Shown one piece after another: positions 13,600-24,528 of a DNA stretch of 64,000 bases. A program made the position numbers and the translations under genes. Each line of letters opens with the position of its first letter. Position 1 is the stretch's first letter. The stretch is from Octopus bimaculoides (Eukaryota). The stretch lies in assembly GCF_001194135.2 (NCBI RefSeq), contig NC_068981.1:28988486-29052485 (forward strand), given 5' to 3'. The notes below the pieces were generated by a model. It did not search any database. It saw nothing but the letters and a program-made list of their open reading frames with translations, and was not told where the DNA came from.

Positions 13600-15330
13600 C
13601 CACAAATAAAATAAAACAGACAGAAATGTATACCAGAGGGATACATTTCCAAGGTTCGTAAATAGTTTATGGCCATAGATATGCTAAGCATAAACGGGTA
13701 CATATCTGAAGCCATGTAGATATCAAGTATAGAAATGCAGTGTTAAAAAGAAAGAATACATCTTTTGAATAGAAACAACGAAAGTCAAATGGTTAAAGAT
13801 ATAAGCACTAAGAAAATAAATTAAAAAGGTAGACTGAGCGCAGGAAGTTCAAATATGAAATGACAAAACTCTTAATATCCTACCGTACTGAGAGATTATC
13901 TCCCCCAAAAATGCGAATTTAGAAATACACCAGCGAGAATATGAACATGTTTGTGTATGACATAGATTTAAGGGTACAAAAATACCAAGTTTAACGGTTT
14001 GAAAATTCCGCTAATCTGAAGAGAAAATAGTTAAAAATTATAAATCAAAATGTCTTCCTTCAGACGAACGAAAGATAAAATAGCAAAAGCGGCAAAAAGA
14101 AACACAAGGAGAAAGAAGCACGCAATCGCTAATGGAAACATGAAGATACAAACATGAACATCGCAAGGAAATAGAAATCAACTTAACTACGTAACCACGG
14201 TAGTCAAATAAATACAAAGAAATGTAAGTAGTTCCACGAAATTTCTCACATAGCAACATTTTAATAAAAGTAAGCAACCTTGAAAAACAACATGAAGATA
14301 AAGATAGAGAACAAAGAAGGTTTCAATCTTTGATGAGATTGTCATGAAAAAAGACAAATGAAAAGAGATAAATACTCAATAAATATGAAATCACAAAAAG
14401 TGCCCAAAATCAAAGAATGTTTTAATCAGGAGATCCCAATATACCACGAGGAATCTGTCAATATATCCCCTCAATACTTTGAACAAAGCAAACAGTTCGT
14501 CTGCAATCCAAAACGATTTTACAAAGAACTAACCAAAATGAAAGTATACTGTACAAACTCTCAAACACGGAATATAATTTAGTGATAAATGTATGAAACA
14601 GATAGAACGTCCCGAAGAAATGTACTAAGCACAAGAAACACTGTACCAGAATAATTCTTTGAAAAAATAACAACTTTAGAATAAGCGTAGATTCTATCAA
14701 ACGGAAAAAGACTGCAAATCACCGGAAAATAAAGTGCTAAATTATTAAAATATGGGCCAGAAACTCTTTTCAAGAATATCCACGATTTATGTAAATAGCC
14801 GAAAACTACACTGAAATGGCTCAAACAAAGCAAAGCTATCTTAATCTAATAGATTAATAATAGAAAATTTTAGATATGTTTTCTAACCTATGATAATATA
14901 CAATCACACTGACAACAATCTTAATAAAAAACATGAGTGTTCATAAAATATTGCCAACACATAACATACTGCCAACATAGTAGAACATTGCAAACACCAA
15001 ATACTTATCAACTCAATCATGGCAGAAAAACGATGGCGGGTGATTAAAAGGGGAAATGTTATTCATAGTAGTTCATGAGACTTAATTAGGTTCCGTCAAT
15101 GGCTCGCTTTCCACAGACTTCGTTACACAGAGATGGATTCAGGATAAGTGCAATCAATATAAGTAGAGAACTTCGAGAAGAACCCCATTGGACAGAAAAT
15201 TCGCAGAAATCAGACTAGTGACCACTTCAAGTGAGAAAGGGCTAGGTCAATTATAAATAGCAATCAGTTAGGAAGCTTAGAAAGAAAACTAGTTAGATCT
15301 TTTATTTATGATGCAGAACAGAGAAAATAG
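13600..15330 (+). mobile_element. Heavily decayed LINE, probably R4/Dong clade (boundaries approximate)
   Basis: A-rich coding-like strand. FEQSKQFVCNPKRFYKELTK (~14478-14540) resembles the QNxLFxxNxKxFYxEL segment upstream of R4/Dong RT domains. Many stops and frameshifts. Confidence 0.45.
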
Positions 15331-16695
15331 CAATTTCCATATAAAGTTACTAGGCGTGTTGGACGAAAAGCTTTTGATATGACTGAGAATAGTTCTTGAC
15401 CACTGCATTGACTCTATGTAAGCAAGAGCTAGATCTCAGACGCAACAATATATAAACCATTTGCTGGGACCAAGTAAATTGTTTATAAACAATCTCAGGC
15501 AGTATGTTTTATATCTGTGTATGTATATGCGCACGTTTGTATGTCCACTAAAACGTAAAAAGATAACCGAAAAAAGATATGGTAGCTTACCTGCAATACT
15601 TAAACTTTAACACATTAGAATAAACCTAAATTTGAAATTATACAGGACAACAATCTGTTTTCAAAGGCATGGCAAGCTATAGAGTGAGTCTAGACGAGTG
15701 AGTGCCTAACGGAGATAGGAACTCACTTAGATTGTTCTCGATGGGTTTCACGGGAGCATTCGGGGAATATACTGACAAATGATGAAAGCAGCAACTTACT
15801 GAAATGATGCCTTACTCCACACCTGAATCCAACAAAACTAACGCCTGATTGTTGTATTCATACTAAACAAAATTGTCATATGAACATTCCTATCAATAGG
15901 AGAGAGACAAATGTTCCTTTAAACGGTGAATATTACGTTAAAAATGACAAACATTACATGTACAGCCTGCTCCGCACTTGCACATACTTCTCCCAAAGGC
16001 ATGTTTTAATACTCCATACATCTCTATGATGCAATTATATATAATTAATTCCTTAACCAGTTTATTAACGTCAAAATATATTCGAAAGTGTGCAGTAATC
16101 TTTGATAATAATCAGCTCCATTTTTAAGTATTTATAATGTACCGAGCCCGGCCTCGTCTAGCCTAGAAGCCGTACCATAACAGGTCTCACTGACCGGCTT
16201 GTGCTGTGATCTCTCCTTTCTAAGTGTCCCATGGAAAGTAGAAGCAACTAAGACTATGATATGTGTGTGTTTGTGTGTATGAGAGAAAGTTGTGGTTTTT
16301 AAAATGAGAAATAACAAGAAACATTGATGGAAGAAACAAATCTGGAGATAAGAGGCAAATTTATTGCGTCACGTTAGAAAGGTCATAAAGAATAAACTGT
16401 ATTTGGCTAGTAAATATATGGACTTCTATTCAGAAAAAAAGATACCATGCTGTGAATGGAAAAAAATGCACGACGCAGGAGAGCTGTCAAAATTTTCTAA
16501 AATGTTTCGTTACGACGTGACGTAGAAAGCTGTCGGAATAACCTGACACAAGAAAACTGAAATATGTTTTTGATATGTGTGTATCGTGTAAAGTACGAAG
16601 TTGTTCAAATCTCATTTATTAGTACAAAACTTAGGACGCGGAAAGTGATCGCAAATACAGATCGGAATCGTACGTACATACATACATACATACAT

Positions 16696-16749
<54 letters not shown>

Positions 16750-16846
16750 NNNNNNNNNNNNNNNNNNNNNNNNNNNNNNNNNNNNNNNNNNNNNNNNNNN
16801 NNNNNNNNNNNNNNNNNNNNNNNNNNNNNNNNNNNNNNNNNNNNNN

Positions 16847-16914
<68 letters not shown>

Positions 16915-17015
16915 TATATATATGTAAATCGATAAATATCTAACAATGATTATCATCAATAAATCCAATACACCTCGTAAATGTTAGGTACATTTCTCTC
17001 CCTTCTGCGTCACAG

Positions 17016-17024
17016 GGCACGAAC
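17016..17024 (+). CDS. Candidate 9-nt microexon (GGCACGAAC) of an unidentified host gene
   Basis: TTTCTCTCCCTTCTGCGTCACAG acceptor, 9 nt, then GTAAGA donor. UGC lies about 10 nt upstream of the exon, and the length preserves frame. Splice-signal evidence only. Confidence 0.4.
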
Positions 17025-17300
17025 GTAAGAGAGCTACAGATGGCGCTTTGATCAATTGATTAATTGATTTATTAACTCATTAATAGCGAAACTCATGAAT
17101 ATGAGGTTTACTGAATCTTTATTCATTCTATTGCTCACATGTAATAAACCATAGGAATATTTTTTCGTTGTTTCGATTATGACAGCCCTTTCTAGCATGT
17201 AAGAAGTCCTATCGATGGTCTTTTACTTTGTGTATTTAAACACTCTGATAAACGATATATATATATATATATAGATAGATAGATAGATAGATAGATAGAT

Positions 17301-17450
17301 GCAAGCGTGGTCGTGCGGTAAGAACCACATGGTTCCGGGTTCAGTCCCACTGCGTAGCAACTTGGGCAGGTTTTTTTTACTATAGCCTCGGGCCGACCAG
17401 ACCCTTGTGAGTGGATTTGGGCCGACGGGAACTGGAGTAAGCCCGTCGTG

Positions 17451-17492
<42 letters not shown>

Positions 17493-17710
17493 CATGTGTG
17501 TGTGTGTGTGTCTATGTATGTGTGCGTGCGTGTGTGTGTCTGCCTGTGTTTGTCCCGCAAGCATCGCTTAACAACCGATGCAGCTCGCCAAAAAGTGACC
17601 GATAGAATAAATACTAGGTTGACAAAGAATACGTCCTAGTGTCAATTTGTTCGACTAAATGTGGTGCTACAGCATGGCCGCAGTCAAATGACTGCAACAA
17701 GTAAAAGAAT
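17301..17710 (+). mobile_element. tRNA-derived SINE family A, near full length
   Basis: Head GCGTGGTCGTGCGGTAAG..GGTTCAGTCCCACTGCG, body TATAGCCTCGGGCCGACC..GCCCGTCG, internal (TA)n(TG)n, tail CAGCATGGCCGCAGTCAAATGACTG..AAGTAAAAGAAT. Confidence 0.9.
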
Positions 17711-17711
17711 A

Positions 17712-17765
<54 letters not shown>

Positions 17766-17779
17766 CAGAGAGAGAGGGG

Positions 17780-17925
17780 AGAGCGAGTTGAAATTTACTG
17801 AAAAACAAAAGACAAAGACATGTATGAACAACAAGCAGGTGTATTAGTCTGACGCTCCGGAAAGTGAGGAAATCGTTTACGTTTCGAGCCTACGCTCTTC
17901 AACAGAAAGGAATAAGAGAAAATAA
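17780..17925 (-). mobile_element. Penelope-like element terminal fragment (pLTR-like)
   Basis: Homologous to 50762-50900. Carries the ..GAAGAGCGTAGGCTCGAAACGT.. motif typical of PLE ends and abuts (GA)/(TA)n. Assignment to PLEs is from motif recognition. Confidence 0.6.
17874..17909 (-). ncRNA. Minimal type-I hammerhead-ribozyme-like motif (non-canonical core)
   Basis: Minus strand reads CUUU-CUGUUGA-A-GAGC(GUAG)GCUC-GAA-ACGU-A-AACG: stem I (3/4 bp), core with U at position 6, 4-bp stem II, palindromic ACGU stem III, GUA cleavage triplet. Confidence 0.5.
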
Positions 17926-17940
17926 ACAGAGAGAATATAT

Positions 17941-18207
17941 ATAATGTAATGTCATGTTGCCAATTTTATGCGGCAGTCCCATGAAAGGGAAGAATGTTAC
18001 CTTAGGAAACACCGTTTCCAGTTGGTCATGACACATTTTCTGTATCCTTATGTTTTCAAAAGGGGAGATAAGCACGTCCACTCCTTTGAAACCATAAGGA
18101 CATAGAAAGTGTGTCATGGAAACGGTGTTTCCTAGGACTAAATAGCAGTAGCATTCTTCCCTTTCATGGGACTGCTACATTAAGTTGGCAACATAACATC
18201 ACCTTAT
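17941..18207. mobile_element. Foldback MITE / long hairpin
   Basis: Arms of about 120 bp are reverse complements (e.g. GCAGTCCCATGAAAGGGAAGAATG / CATTCTTCCCTTTCATGGGACTGC; GGAAACACCGTTTCC / GGAAACGGTGTTTCC) around a ~13-nt loop at 18068-18080. Confidence 0.8.
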
Positions 18208-18251
18208 CGTGCTGCTACTGTATAAATCTCTCTGAGAGATTTAGAAATGTA

Positions 18252-18301
<50 letters not shown>

Positions 18302-19713
18302 ATATATAATGANNNNNNNNNNNNNNNNNNNNNNNNNNNNNNNNNNNNNNNNNNNNNNNNNNNNNNNNNNNNNNNNNNNNNNNNNNNNNNNNNNNNNNNN
18401 NNNNNNNNNNNNNNNNNNNNNNNNNNNNNNNNNNNNNNNNNNNNNNNNNNNNNNNNNNNNNNNNNNNNNNNNNNNNNNNNNNNNNNNNNNNNNNNNNNNN
18501 NNNNNNNNNNNNNNNNNNNNNNNNNNNNNNNNNNNNNNNNNNNNNNNNNNNNNNNNNNNNNNNNNNNNNNNNNNNNNNNNNNNNNNNNNNNNNNNNNNNN
18601 NNNNNNNNNNNNNNNNNNNNNNNNNNNNNNNNNNNNNNNNNNNNNNNNNNNNNNNNNNNNNNNNNNNNNNNNNNNNNNNNNNNNNNNNNNNNNNNNNNNN
18701 NNNNNNNNNNNNNNNNNNNNNNNNNNNNNNNNNNNNNNNNNNNNNNNNNNNNNNNNNNNNNNNNNNNNNNNNNNNNNNNNNNNNNNNNNNNNNNNNNNNN
18801 NNNNNNNNNNNNNNNNNNNNNNNNNNNNNNNNNNNNNNNNNNNNNNNNNNNNNNNNNNNNNNNNNNNNNNNNNNNNNNNNNNNNNNNNNNNNNNNNNNNN
18901 NNNNNNNNNNNNNNNNNNNNNNNNNNNNNNNNNNNNNNNNNNNNNNNNNNNNNNNNNNNNNNNNNNNNNNNNNNNNNNNNNNNNNNNNNNNNNNNNNNNN
19001 NNNNNNNNNNNNNNNNNNNNNNNNNNNNNNNNNNNNNNNNNNNNNNNNNNNNNNNNNNNNNNNNNNNNAAGAGAAGCGCTCTAATATGAAAATTTATTCT
19101 TTTCTCTTCTTTTCTTTATATTTTTATTTAATTTAAAAGCTGGAATATGCCATAAGTTTTTTTTTATTTTGTTCTTTTTTTATATCCTACTTTGATTTCA
19201 CCAAATCGTTTACTGGAGAGAAAAGAAAAAAGTACATCGTTTTAAATATCGTCAATCCTTAGTCAAAGTTGTTACGTTTAAACTCGTTTCATTTTTAACG
19301 CTTTTTATGAAAAAAAAAAAAAAAGTGATAAAGAAATAAGATAGATTTATTGAAGAAATAAATTTCAAAAGAAAACGTACACGAAAACACGTGTTATATG
19401 ATGTATGAATGTTGTATGATGTGTAAACAACTAGTCATAAATCATAAAGTAATACGTCGATTAAGTCCCTTCTTATCTTCGTTGGAAAGGAAAAGCATTT
19501 CATAACTGAAGACGTCGTTAAACAAAACATCACCCACCACAACAAATATTCCACATTGAATGCTTGTTTACTGACACACTAGACACTCCGAAACCTTTAT
19601 CTAATACAATTTTTCGTAAATTCATATCATTTATCGCTTCCACTAATGATCCTATAACAATTAATCATCCATCTTCCTTATGAGGCTACATTAGTCTAAT
19701 ACAGAAAACTTAA

Positions 19714-19997
19714 GTTTCTCTATGTCACTTCACTTATGGACACATATTTTAGGAAACAAAAGCAGCGTTCTGCTTCTTCGTTTATTTATTGATCAGTACT
19801 CACTGGTAAGGAGCTTTATTGCATGCATTCCAACTATGGCCATCCAATCTATATATACTTGAGAGATTGAACATGAAATGTTCTACAATATCTGACAAAG
19901 TCACAGATATTTTTTAAGACATTAGGATACGATTTTGGAGGAAAATTTCGCTGCTGACTTTAGCAGGTCGAGCTTTTCAAAAGAAATTGTTTTTTTT

Positions 19998-20043
<46 letters not shown>

Positions 20044-20045
20044 AT

Positions 20046-20121
<76 letters not shown>

Positions 20122-20388
20122 GTACAATTTCTAGATCTGCTAAAATCAGCAGTAAAATTTCCCTCGAATCATATTCTAATGTCTTAAAAAATTAGCTGTG
20201 ACTTCGTCACATAATGTAGGATTTTTCATGGTCATTCTTTCATGCATATATAGATTGAATGGCCATGGTTGGAATGCATACAATAATACGCCTTACCAGC
20301 GAGTACTGATCAATAACTAAACAAGAAGCAGAACATTGCTTTTTGTTTCCTAAAATATATGTTCATAACTGAATTGACATAGAGAAAC
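19714..20388. repeat. Long inverted repeat (arms ~270 bp) around a (CA)n tract; possible foldback DNA element
   Basis: 19714-~19990 aligns with the reverse complement of ~20125-20388 (roughly 80% by eye). Both outer ends are bounded by CTTAAG (TTAA at 19710-13 and 20389-92). Confidence 0.8.
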
Positions 20389-20393
20389 TTAAG

Positions 20394-20884
20394 ATTCTTG
20401 TCCTTCGAGGCGAAGAATTCCTTCATTGAAATTTCTACCTCTTCTTGGTTGATAAAGCATCGCGATCACAAGAAGTCAACAATAGACTGGAACATGTAAT
20501 AATCCGAGCGAGCCACGTCCGGACTATATGCTGGGTGTAGCATTAGTTCGATTCCCTCAAGTTCCTGGAGTATATTCAGGGTCGTTCGAGCGGCATGAAG
20601 TTTTTCGTTGTCTTGCTTCAGAAAAGCTTACATTCTGATAACTACTGCCGGGTATTTTTGTTACATGATGACATACATCCGCTCAAGCTGTTTGCAGTAA
20701 AAGTTGGCATCGATGGTTCGACCGTCTGGAATTATCTCGTGGTGAATTATTCCACCAAACGCAGAGCATCACGTTCTTTTCGAAACGTCCATGTTTGGCG
20801 AAAGGTTTCGGAAGCTGGCTGTTGATTAGCTATTGCTTATGCTTGTTTGGATTGCGAAAAAAATATTTTCACTTGGATTAATAC
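20394..20884 (-). mobile_element. Mariner (DD34D) transposase pseudogene fragment
   Basis: Minus strand: KNVMLCVWWN..EIIPDGRTIDANFYCKQLERM..KQDNEKLHAARTT..LHPAYSPDVARSDYYMFQSI..EFFASKDKN. Matches the mariner HDNARPH and HPPYSPDLAPSDY motifs; contains stops and a frameshift. Confidence 0.92.
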
Positions 20885-21126
20885 TTGTTCGATCCATGGC
20901 TCACTTCCTGCACTTGCAATGCTCCATCAATCAAGAGGACGTGGACGCTTCAGTTAAGTTCTTCGCTTTGTAGGCTAAGAACTAGTATCAGCGTGGGATT
21001 AAAGAACTGGCAAAAGGTGATTTCAGACGATGCAACTTTTTTCAATGCGAGGCTGCTTTGTTGTAACTTCACAGCTAATACAAATAAGTTACCAAAATTT
21101 TGCAGGGCTTTTCAATCAACACAGTA
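20882..21126 (+). mobile_element. Mariner transposase C-terminus plus terminal inverted repeat
   Basis: YLF(R)SMAHFL..NQEDVDASVK-FFA..YQRGIKELAK, followed by ..CTTTTCAATCAACACAG|TA, whose reverse complement resembles mariner TIR starts. Confidence 0.8.
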
Positions 21127-21494
21127 TGTATGTGTATGTATGTGTGTGTGTGTGTGTGTGTGATAGATCACTAACCACTACACACATTTTTTCTCTCCTT
21201 GTTTCTTTCTGTGTTCCTTTNNNNNNNNNNNNNNNNNNNNNNNNNNNNNNNNNNNNNNNNNNNNNNNNNNNNNNNNNNNNNNNNNNNNNNNNNNNNNNNN
21301 NNNNNNNNNNNNNNNNNNNNACACACATACGCACTCACTCACACTCACGCACACACACACGACCAGCTTCTACTCTATCAAATTCTCTCAGAAGGCGTTG
21401 GTCAGTCCGGGATGATAACATAAAATAGCAATAAAATGCTAATTAAAACCAGAGATCATTAGGTTAGTAAAAGGTACCTGGCACAAGGTGCCGC

Positions 21495-21923
21495 CAGTGC
21501 TGGATTAACCATTAAGCAAAATAAACACATGCTTAGGGAATCACGGGAAGGAGCCGGGAGCACCATAGAAATGATAAATGGTTTACGGCACAAAAGAAAT
21601 CACCTTAAATATACTAAAATAATATTAGGGATGCGTTTATCTCTAGTAAGTATAGATGCAGATGTGTTACCTAAGATTAATTTTGAGGATCTGATCAAAG
21701 ATTTTGCAATTCAAAAATGTAGGAGGAAACTTTTTCAAATATAAATGAAGTGGAAGTATTCAAAAATAAACATTATATCCCCTCTTACAGTTTTGTTTTG
21801 TTTTGAAAAATTCAAATTTATTTTATGGTTTGTTATTGTTTATATTTTGAATTACATGATCTTTTATGGGATAGCAAAATCTTTTAAGTGCTTAGGCGTT
21901 CGATGGGTCCTAATCTGGCGCTG
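21495..21923 (+). mobile_element. Non-autonomous hAT (Tip100/Zaphod-like) element inserted in a family-A SINE
   Basis: Exact 8-bp TSD GGTGCCGC (21487-94, 21924-31). TIRs CAGTGCTGGATTA / TAATCTGGCGCTG. Interior LSLVSIDADVLPKINFEDLIKDFAIQKCRRKLF is a hAT dimerisation-domain C-terminus. The flanks rejoin as SINE A sequence. Confidence 0.9.
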
Positions 21924-22111
21924 GGTGCCGCGTTTGGGACTGAACCAGAAATCACGTTGTTTCAAAGTGATCTTCTTAATCTGACTGCCATGGCTGTATA
22001 TGTTTTATATAAAAGTTTTTCAGCCTTAAAGGTAACTAGTTAAAAGGAATATTGCTGAAAATGGGAAAAAATGTGTTTACTTGTAGGCTGAAATCTATCT
22101 ATCTATCTATC

Positions 22112-22556
22112 TGTGGAGGCGCAATGGCCCAGTGATTAGGGCAGCGGACTCGCGGTCATAGGATCGTGGTTTCGATTCTCAGACCGGGCGTTGTGNNNNN
22201 NNNNNTGATTAGGGCAGCGGACTCGCGGTCATAGGATCGCGGTTTCGATTCTCAGACCGGGCGTTGTGAGTGTTTATTGAGCGAAAACACCTAAAGCTCC
22301 ACGAGGCTCCGGCAGGGGATGGTGGCGAACCCTGCTGTACTCTCTCACCCCAACTTTCTCTCACTCTTACTTCCTGTTTCTGCTGTGCCTGTAATTCAAA
22401 GGGTCAGCCTTGTCTCACTGTGTCACGCTGAATATCCCCGAGAACTACGTTAAGGGTACACGTGTCTGTGGAGTGCTCAGTCACTTGCACGTTATTTTCA
22501 CGCGCAGGCTGGAACACTCGACGTCGTAAGCGACGGAGTGCCAACACACAACACAA
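22112..22556 (+). mobile_element. tRNA-derived SINE family C (young), in a (TATC)n tract
   Basis: A-box TGGCCCAGTG(G) and B-box-like GGTTTCGATTC, tail CGACGTCGTAAGCGACGGAGTGCCAACA. Highly similar to the inverted copy at 36021-36410. The head is duplicated across a 10-N gap. Confidence 0.92.
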
Positions 22557-23094
22557 TCTATCAATCTATCTATCTATCTATCTTTTTGTCTACACACACA
22601 CACACACACAAATGAGAGAAGCGATGAAATACAGAAAGAAAAACAGTCAGAGAATGAGGAACAGAGGAAAATAATCGGAAAAGTGACAAATAGAGAAACT
22701 GAGATAATTTACAGAACTGACAACAATGTCAGATCTATTTGTTTTGTCCCTCAATCGTTTTCTCTTTAATAACCGGTTAAACGAAATAGAATATTTATAA
22801 TATTACTACTAAATCATAAATATTCTATTTCGTTTTATCGGTTATTGAACGAAATAAGTTTATCCTTCTTTCTTTACTTTACTTTATCTGTGTCATTTTT
22901 ATTCATAAACTCCAGAATATCAATTTTGAAATTGACCTAAATATATTAACATACGTATTCACATACGTATTGATAGGCATACATAAAGAGAGGTATACAT
23001 GCAAACACACACACACATGCACACAAACAAACACACAAATATTTAGGAGCAACCAAATATGCTATAAATTAATACACATATGTATGAACATATT

Positions 23095-23328
23095 TATTCC
23101 TTTATTGCCCACAAGAGGCTAAACATAGAGGGAGCAAACAAGGACAGCATGGGGGTTAAGTCGATTACATCGACCCCAGTGCGTAACTGGAAGTTAATTT
23201 ATCGACCCCGAAAGGATGAAAGGCAAAGTCGACCTCGGCTGAATTTGAACTCCGAACGTAACGGAAGACGAAATACCGCTAAGCATTTCGCCCAGCGTGC
23301 TAACGTTTCTGCCAGCTCGCCGCCTTAG
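23095..23328 (-). mobile_element. SINE family B with 19-bp TSD
   Basis: TSD ACATATGTATGAACATATT at 23076-94 and 23329-47. Body is the reverse complement of family B. Confidence 0.93.
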
Positions 23329-23881
23329 ACATATGTATGAACATATTGAGTGAGACGATGTTCGTATGTATATTTTCGAAAACAATATACGATTTTATGC
23401 GTATAATGAATAACACGGTTAGTAAAAAAAAAGTACCCAATTTTGTAGAATTAACTTAACTTCATGATCTTCCAACCAAAGAACATTAAGGGTACATTCT
23501 TNNNNNNNNNNNNNNNNNNNNNNNNNNNNNNNNNNNNNNNNNNNNNNNNNNNNNNNNNNNNNNNNNNNNNNNNNNNNNNNNNNNNNNNNNNNNNNNNNNN
23601 NNNNNNNNNNNNNNNNNNNNNNNNNNNNNNNNNNNNNNNNNNNNNNNNNNNNNNNNNNNNNNNNNNNNNNNNNNNNNNNNNNNNNNNNNNNNNNNNNNNN
23701 NNNNNNNNNNNNNNNNNNNNNNNNNNNNNNNNNNNNNNNNNNNNNNNNNNNNNNNNNNNNNNNNNNNNNNNNNNNNNNNNNNNNNNNNNNNNNNNNNNNN
23801 NNNNNNNNNNNNNNNNNNNNNNNNNNNNNNNNNNNNNNNNNNNNNNNNNNNNNNNNNNNNNNNNNNTATATATATGTATAT

Positions 23882-24020
23882 ATATACGTCGGGCTTCTTT
23901 CAGTTTCCGTCTATCAAATCCACTCACAAGGCTTTGGTCGGTACGAGGTTACAGTAGAAGAAACGGGCCCAAGGTGGCACGCAGTGAGACTGAACCCGGA
24001 ACCATGTGATTGGGAAGCAA
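23882..24020 (-). mobile_element. SINE family A, 5' half
   Basis: ACGTCGGGCTTCTTTCAGTTTCCGTCT..GTGAGACTGAACCCGGAACCATGTG. Confidence 0.88.
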
Positions 24021-24528
24021 GAGTGTTGATTTTTGTCATATCACAGAGGATGTTGAGATCACTGCTGTCAATCAATGACCATGTTTAGTTTATGTTCAAA
24101 CTATTTAATCAGATTCCTTGATTTTGTAAAGATCTACATATTTCCTAGTGACGTATGCTGCTGCCTTTTAATGTTAGTAGATATATTCGCTGTATTAATA
24201 ATTTCACGAATCCAGAACGTATGTGGTCGATGGTTGCTTTACATTTCCAAAGATCCTGTATTGTGGATCTATTCGAGCCCTAGTGAAGCGATGGTATTGT
24301 ACCAAAATTTGAAACCATTTTTATTTACGTTAAAGTTGCGTTGTTTTATTGTTGCTTCGTTTTATACGAGGTGTTCCAAGTCTCAAGCAGAGATGTCAAT
24401 ACATATGAGCGTTATTTATGATTAGGAATGATATATCGTACGGGAAGGAGACCAGATTCTGAGAACTAAGATTCTGTTAAATTCGTAATATTACAATTTT
24501 GAAAGAGTTTTAGAAGAACGAGATATTT

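Noticed and set aside
22115-22190. SINE heads as functional tRNA genes (also 36335-36408, 41143-41215)
   Set aside because: A/B boxes are present, but there is no complete cloverleaf with a proper acceptor stem, and each continues into a repeat body.
22112-22260. Tandem duplication of the family-C SINE head
   Set aside because: Near-identical copies on either side of a 10-N gap; most likely an unmerged contig overlap.
24075-24425. 116-aa + strand ORF
   Set aside because: No recognisable motif or splice context; a few ORFs of this length are expected by chance.
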